Assembly: GCA_043228905.1 (NCBI GenBank)
Contig: JBHGNT010000012.1
Span: forward strand, 12,524,001 to 12,588,000
Reading direction: 5' to 3'
Length of the DNA stretch: 64,000 nucleotides
From: Azolla caroliniana
Lineage: Eukaryota > Plantae > Polypodiophyta
Part shown: positions 62,549-64,000 of the stretch, piece after piece
Numbering within the stretch: the first letter of the stretch is position 1
Layout of the letters: each line of letters starts with the position of its first letter
Notes under the pieces: generated by a model
Databases searched by the model: none
Seen by the model: only the letters and a program-made list of their open reading frames with translations
What the model was told of the DNA's origin: nothing
Translations under genes and position numbers: made by a program

Positions 62549-64000
62549 TTTCTGCACTGTCGTCGCTCTGATACCACTTTGTCGGGAATCAACGCTTCGA
62601 TTCACCTTCACCGTTTCGGCCACAACCGAGAGATCGCAAATCAATGCAGCAGAAAATAGGAAACACAGAGAAAGACACGATAACACAGGGATTAACGTGG
62701 AAAACCCTAAACGGGAAAAACCACGGGAGTACAAGACTCCAAACCAACACTATACAGAGAAGTATACAATGGCGAGCTGCAAGGCGACGACCTTGAGCTC
62801 GCTGTCCTCGCCACAGGCGGCGGTAATACACAGAGGCAACGACCTCCTCGTTTCTCTCTCTCTCTCTCTCTCGGCTGCTCTCACTTCGCTCCCTCTAAGT
62901 GGAAAACAGAAAATGAGCAGCAACATAAAATTGTTTGCCCTAAGTCATATTTATACACATATGACTTTCGGGCTATTTACAAATATAGCCTCAAGGGCCC
63001 TTGGCAAACATATTCACAAATATGTCCCCGCATCCGGATCTCTCTCCGGGTACATTCATCATCCGGCTCCGTAGCCGGGGTCTTCGTCATCCGGCTCCGT
63101 AACCGGGGTCTTCGTCATCCGGCTCCGTAGCCGGGTCTTCATCATCCGGCTCCGTAGCCGGGTCTTCGTCATCCGGCTCCGGAACCGCAACCGGGCTTGC
63201 CGTCATTCATCTCCGGACATCCCATCCGAAGGGACCGTAAATCCCAACACTTCCGCAGGCGTTCCGTATTTGTCGCGTTTGCTTTTTCCACCCACGCTTG
63301 GGCTTGTCGGCGTACCTCATCTTGCGCAGCCCAATCAGTCGTTTTTGTTTGCTGGCGTGTCGTGACTTGCTGCACTTCCGTCGTAATCGTATTGATAGTG
63401 GGCCCCTTTCCCTTGCGTGCTGGGCATTGCGTGGCATAATGTCCGGGTTGCTGACAAATAAAACAATGGATGCTTGATTCACCCTTCTCAGCTCCTGGTG
63501 GTGTGTGCCGCTCCCCTGGTGCTACTTGCTCCTCACGGTCCGACCTCGTTTGTCGGAATGTACGCGGTGGCTACTATTGGTCCCGTCGTTGTTCTTGGTG
63601 CTGCTCATTCCCCGAGCTTTCGTCGTAAGGCCAATGATCTCGATATTGTCGTGGCTTACCACGATAACCATTGAAGCCGCCCCGTTTGTTTGTCGGCTGG
63701 TGATTCTCGTAGCGCCGACCCCCTTCGGCGTAACTCGGATGTCCACGATAATCCTCTTCCTCTAGTTCGTCCTCTTCGGAATCGTTGTGATTTCGGCGAT
63801 TCCGGTGGTGCCGGTCCTCCCGTGGGTTGCGATCCTTATACCGTGGTCGGTCTTCTTGCCTCCTTTGTTCAGTCTGGTGTGGTTGACGCTGTATGTCCAT
63901 GCTGCGGACTGCGGGAATGGCTCTGTTTAACATATTGTATTCGCATTGGTCGACTGTGTGAGCCTTCGAGTGGCAGATTGGGCAGTGGATTCGCATATTG

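Larger units (their letters stand above)
57740..63249 (-). mobile_element. Young full-length Ty1/Copia (Tnt1/Tork-like), 5510 bp
   Basis: LTRs 57740-58464 and 62580-63249 (TG...CA). TSD CTTCC at 57735-57739 and 63250-63254. PBS TGGTATCAGAGC at 62565-62576. PPT GAAGGGGGAG at ~58467-58476. Empty site at 29527-29531. Confidence 0.97.
44947..64000 (+). repeat. Direct segmental duplication of ~16715-30277, plus a 5515-bp insertion
   Basis: ORF offsets are constant: 28232, then 28208 after the AAT tract, then 33723 after the Copia. Nested junctions are identical in both copies. Confidence 0.95.
55059..64000 (-). mobile_element. Duplicate of Gypsy C, interrupted at 57740-63249
   Basis: Near-identical to 26851-30277 on both sides of the insertion. 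Confidence 0.9.

Noticed and set aside
62549-62734. N-terminal hydrophobic extension of the Copia ORF (MYSRGFS...)
   Set aside because: It has a non-ATG start and runs through LTR U5 and the PBS. Homology with the older copy begins at MEGG (62548).

Overview
Gene-free, transposon-saturated plant heterochromatin. The mix of a Tcn1-like chromovirus, tRNA-Trp-primed Gypsy elements, an RTE-like LINE and Tnt1/Tork-like Copia suggests a non-seed plant such as a moss, but this is inference. I see no host gene, rRNA, intact tRNA or CRISPR array. The window is a stack of nested and recombined LTR retrotransposons, plus one 3.7 kb non-autonomous TIR DNA transposon (37-bp TIRs, 4-bp TSD) filled with palindromic repeats. 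The block ~16.7-30.3 kb recurs almost identically at ~44.9-64 kb. The second copy has since gained a young, nearly intact 5.5 kb Copia with one in-frame stop and a marked excess of CCGG. The most notable observations are: (1) a Tf1-type self-priming signature in the Tcn1-like elements; (2) antisense tRNA-type A/B boxes in the U3 of two unrelated LTR families; (3) the CCGG bias of the young Copia; (4) the 4-bp-TSD DNA transposon with its palindrome array; (5) two PPT-LTR-PBS shared-LTR junctions; (6) a gag-protease-only Gypsy; and (7) a segmental duplication probably made by recombination between two copies of one family. Coordinates and counts were read by eye, and clade names need confirmation by alignment.
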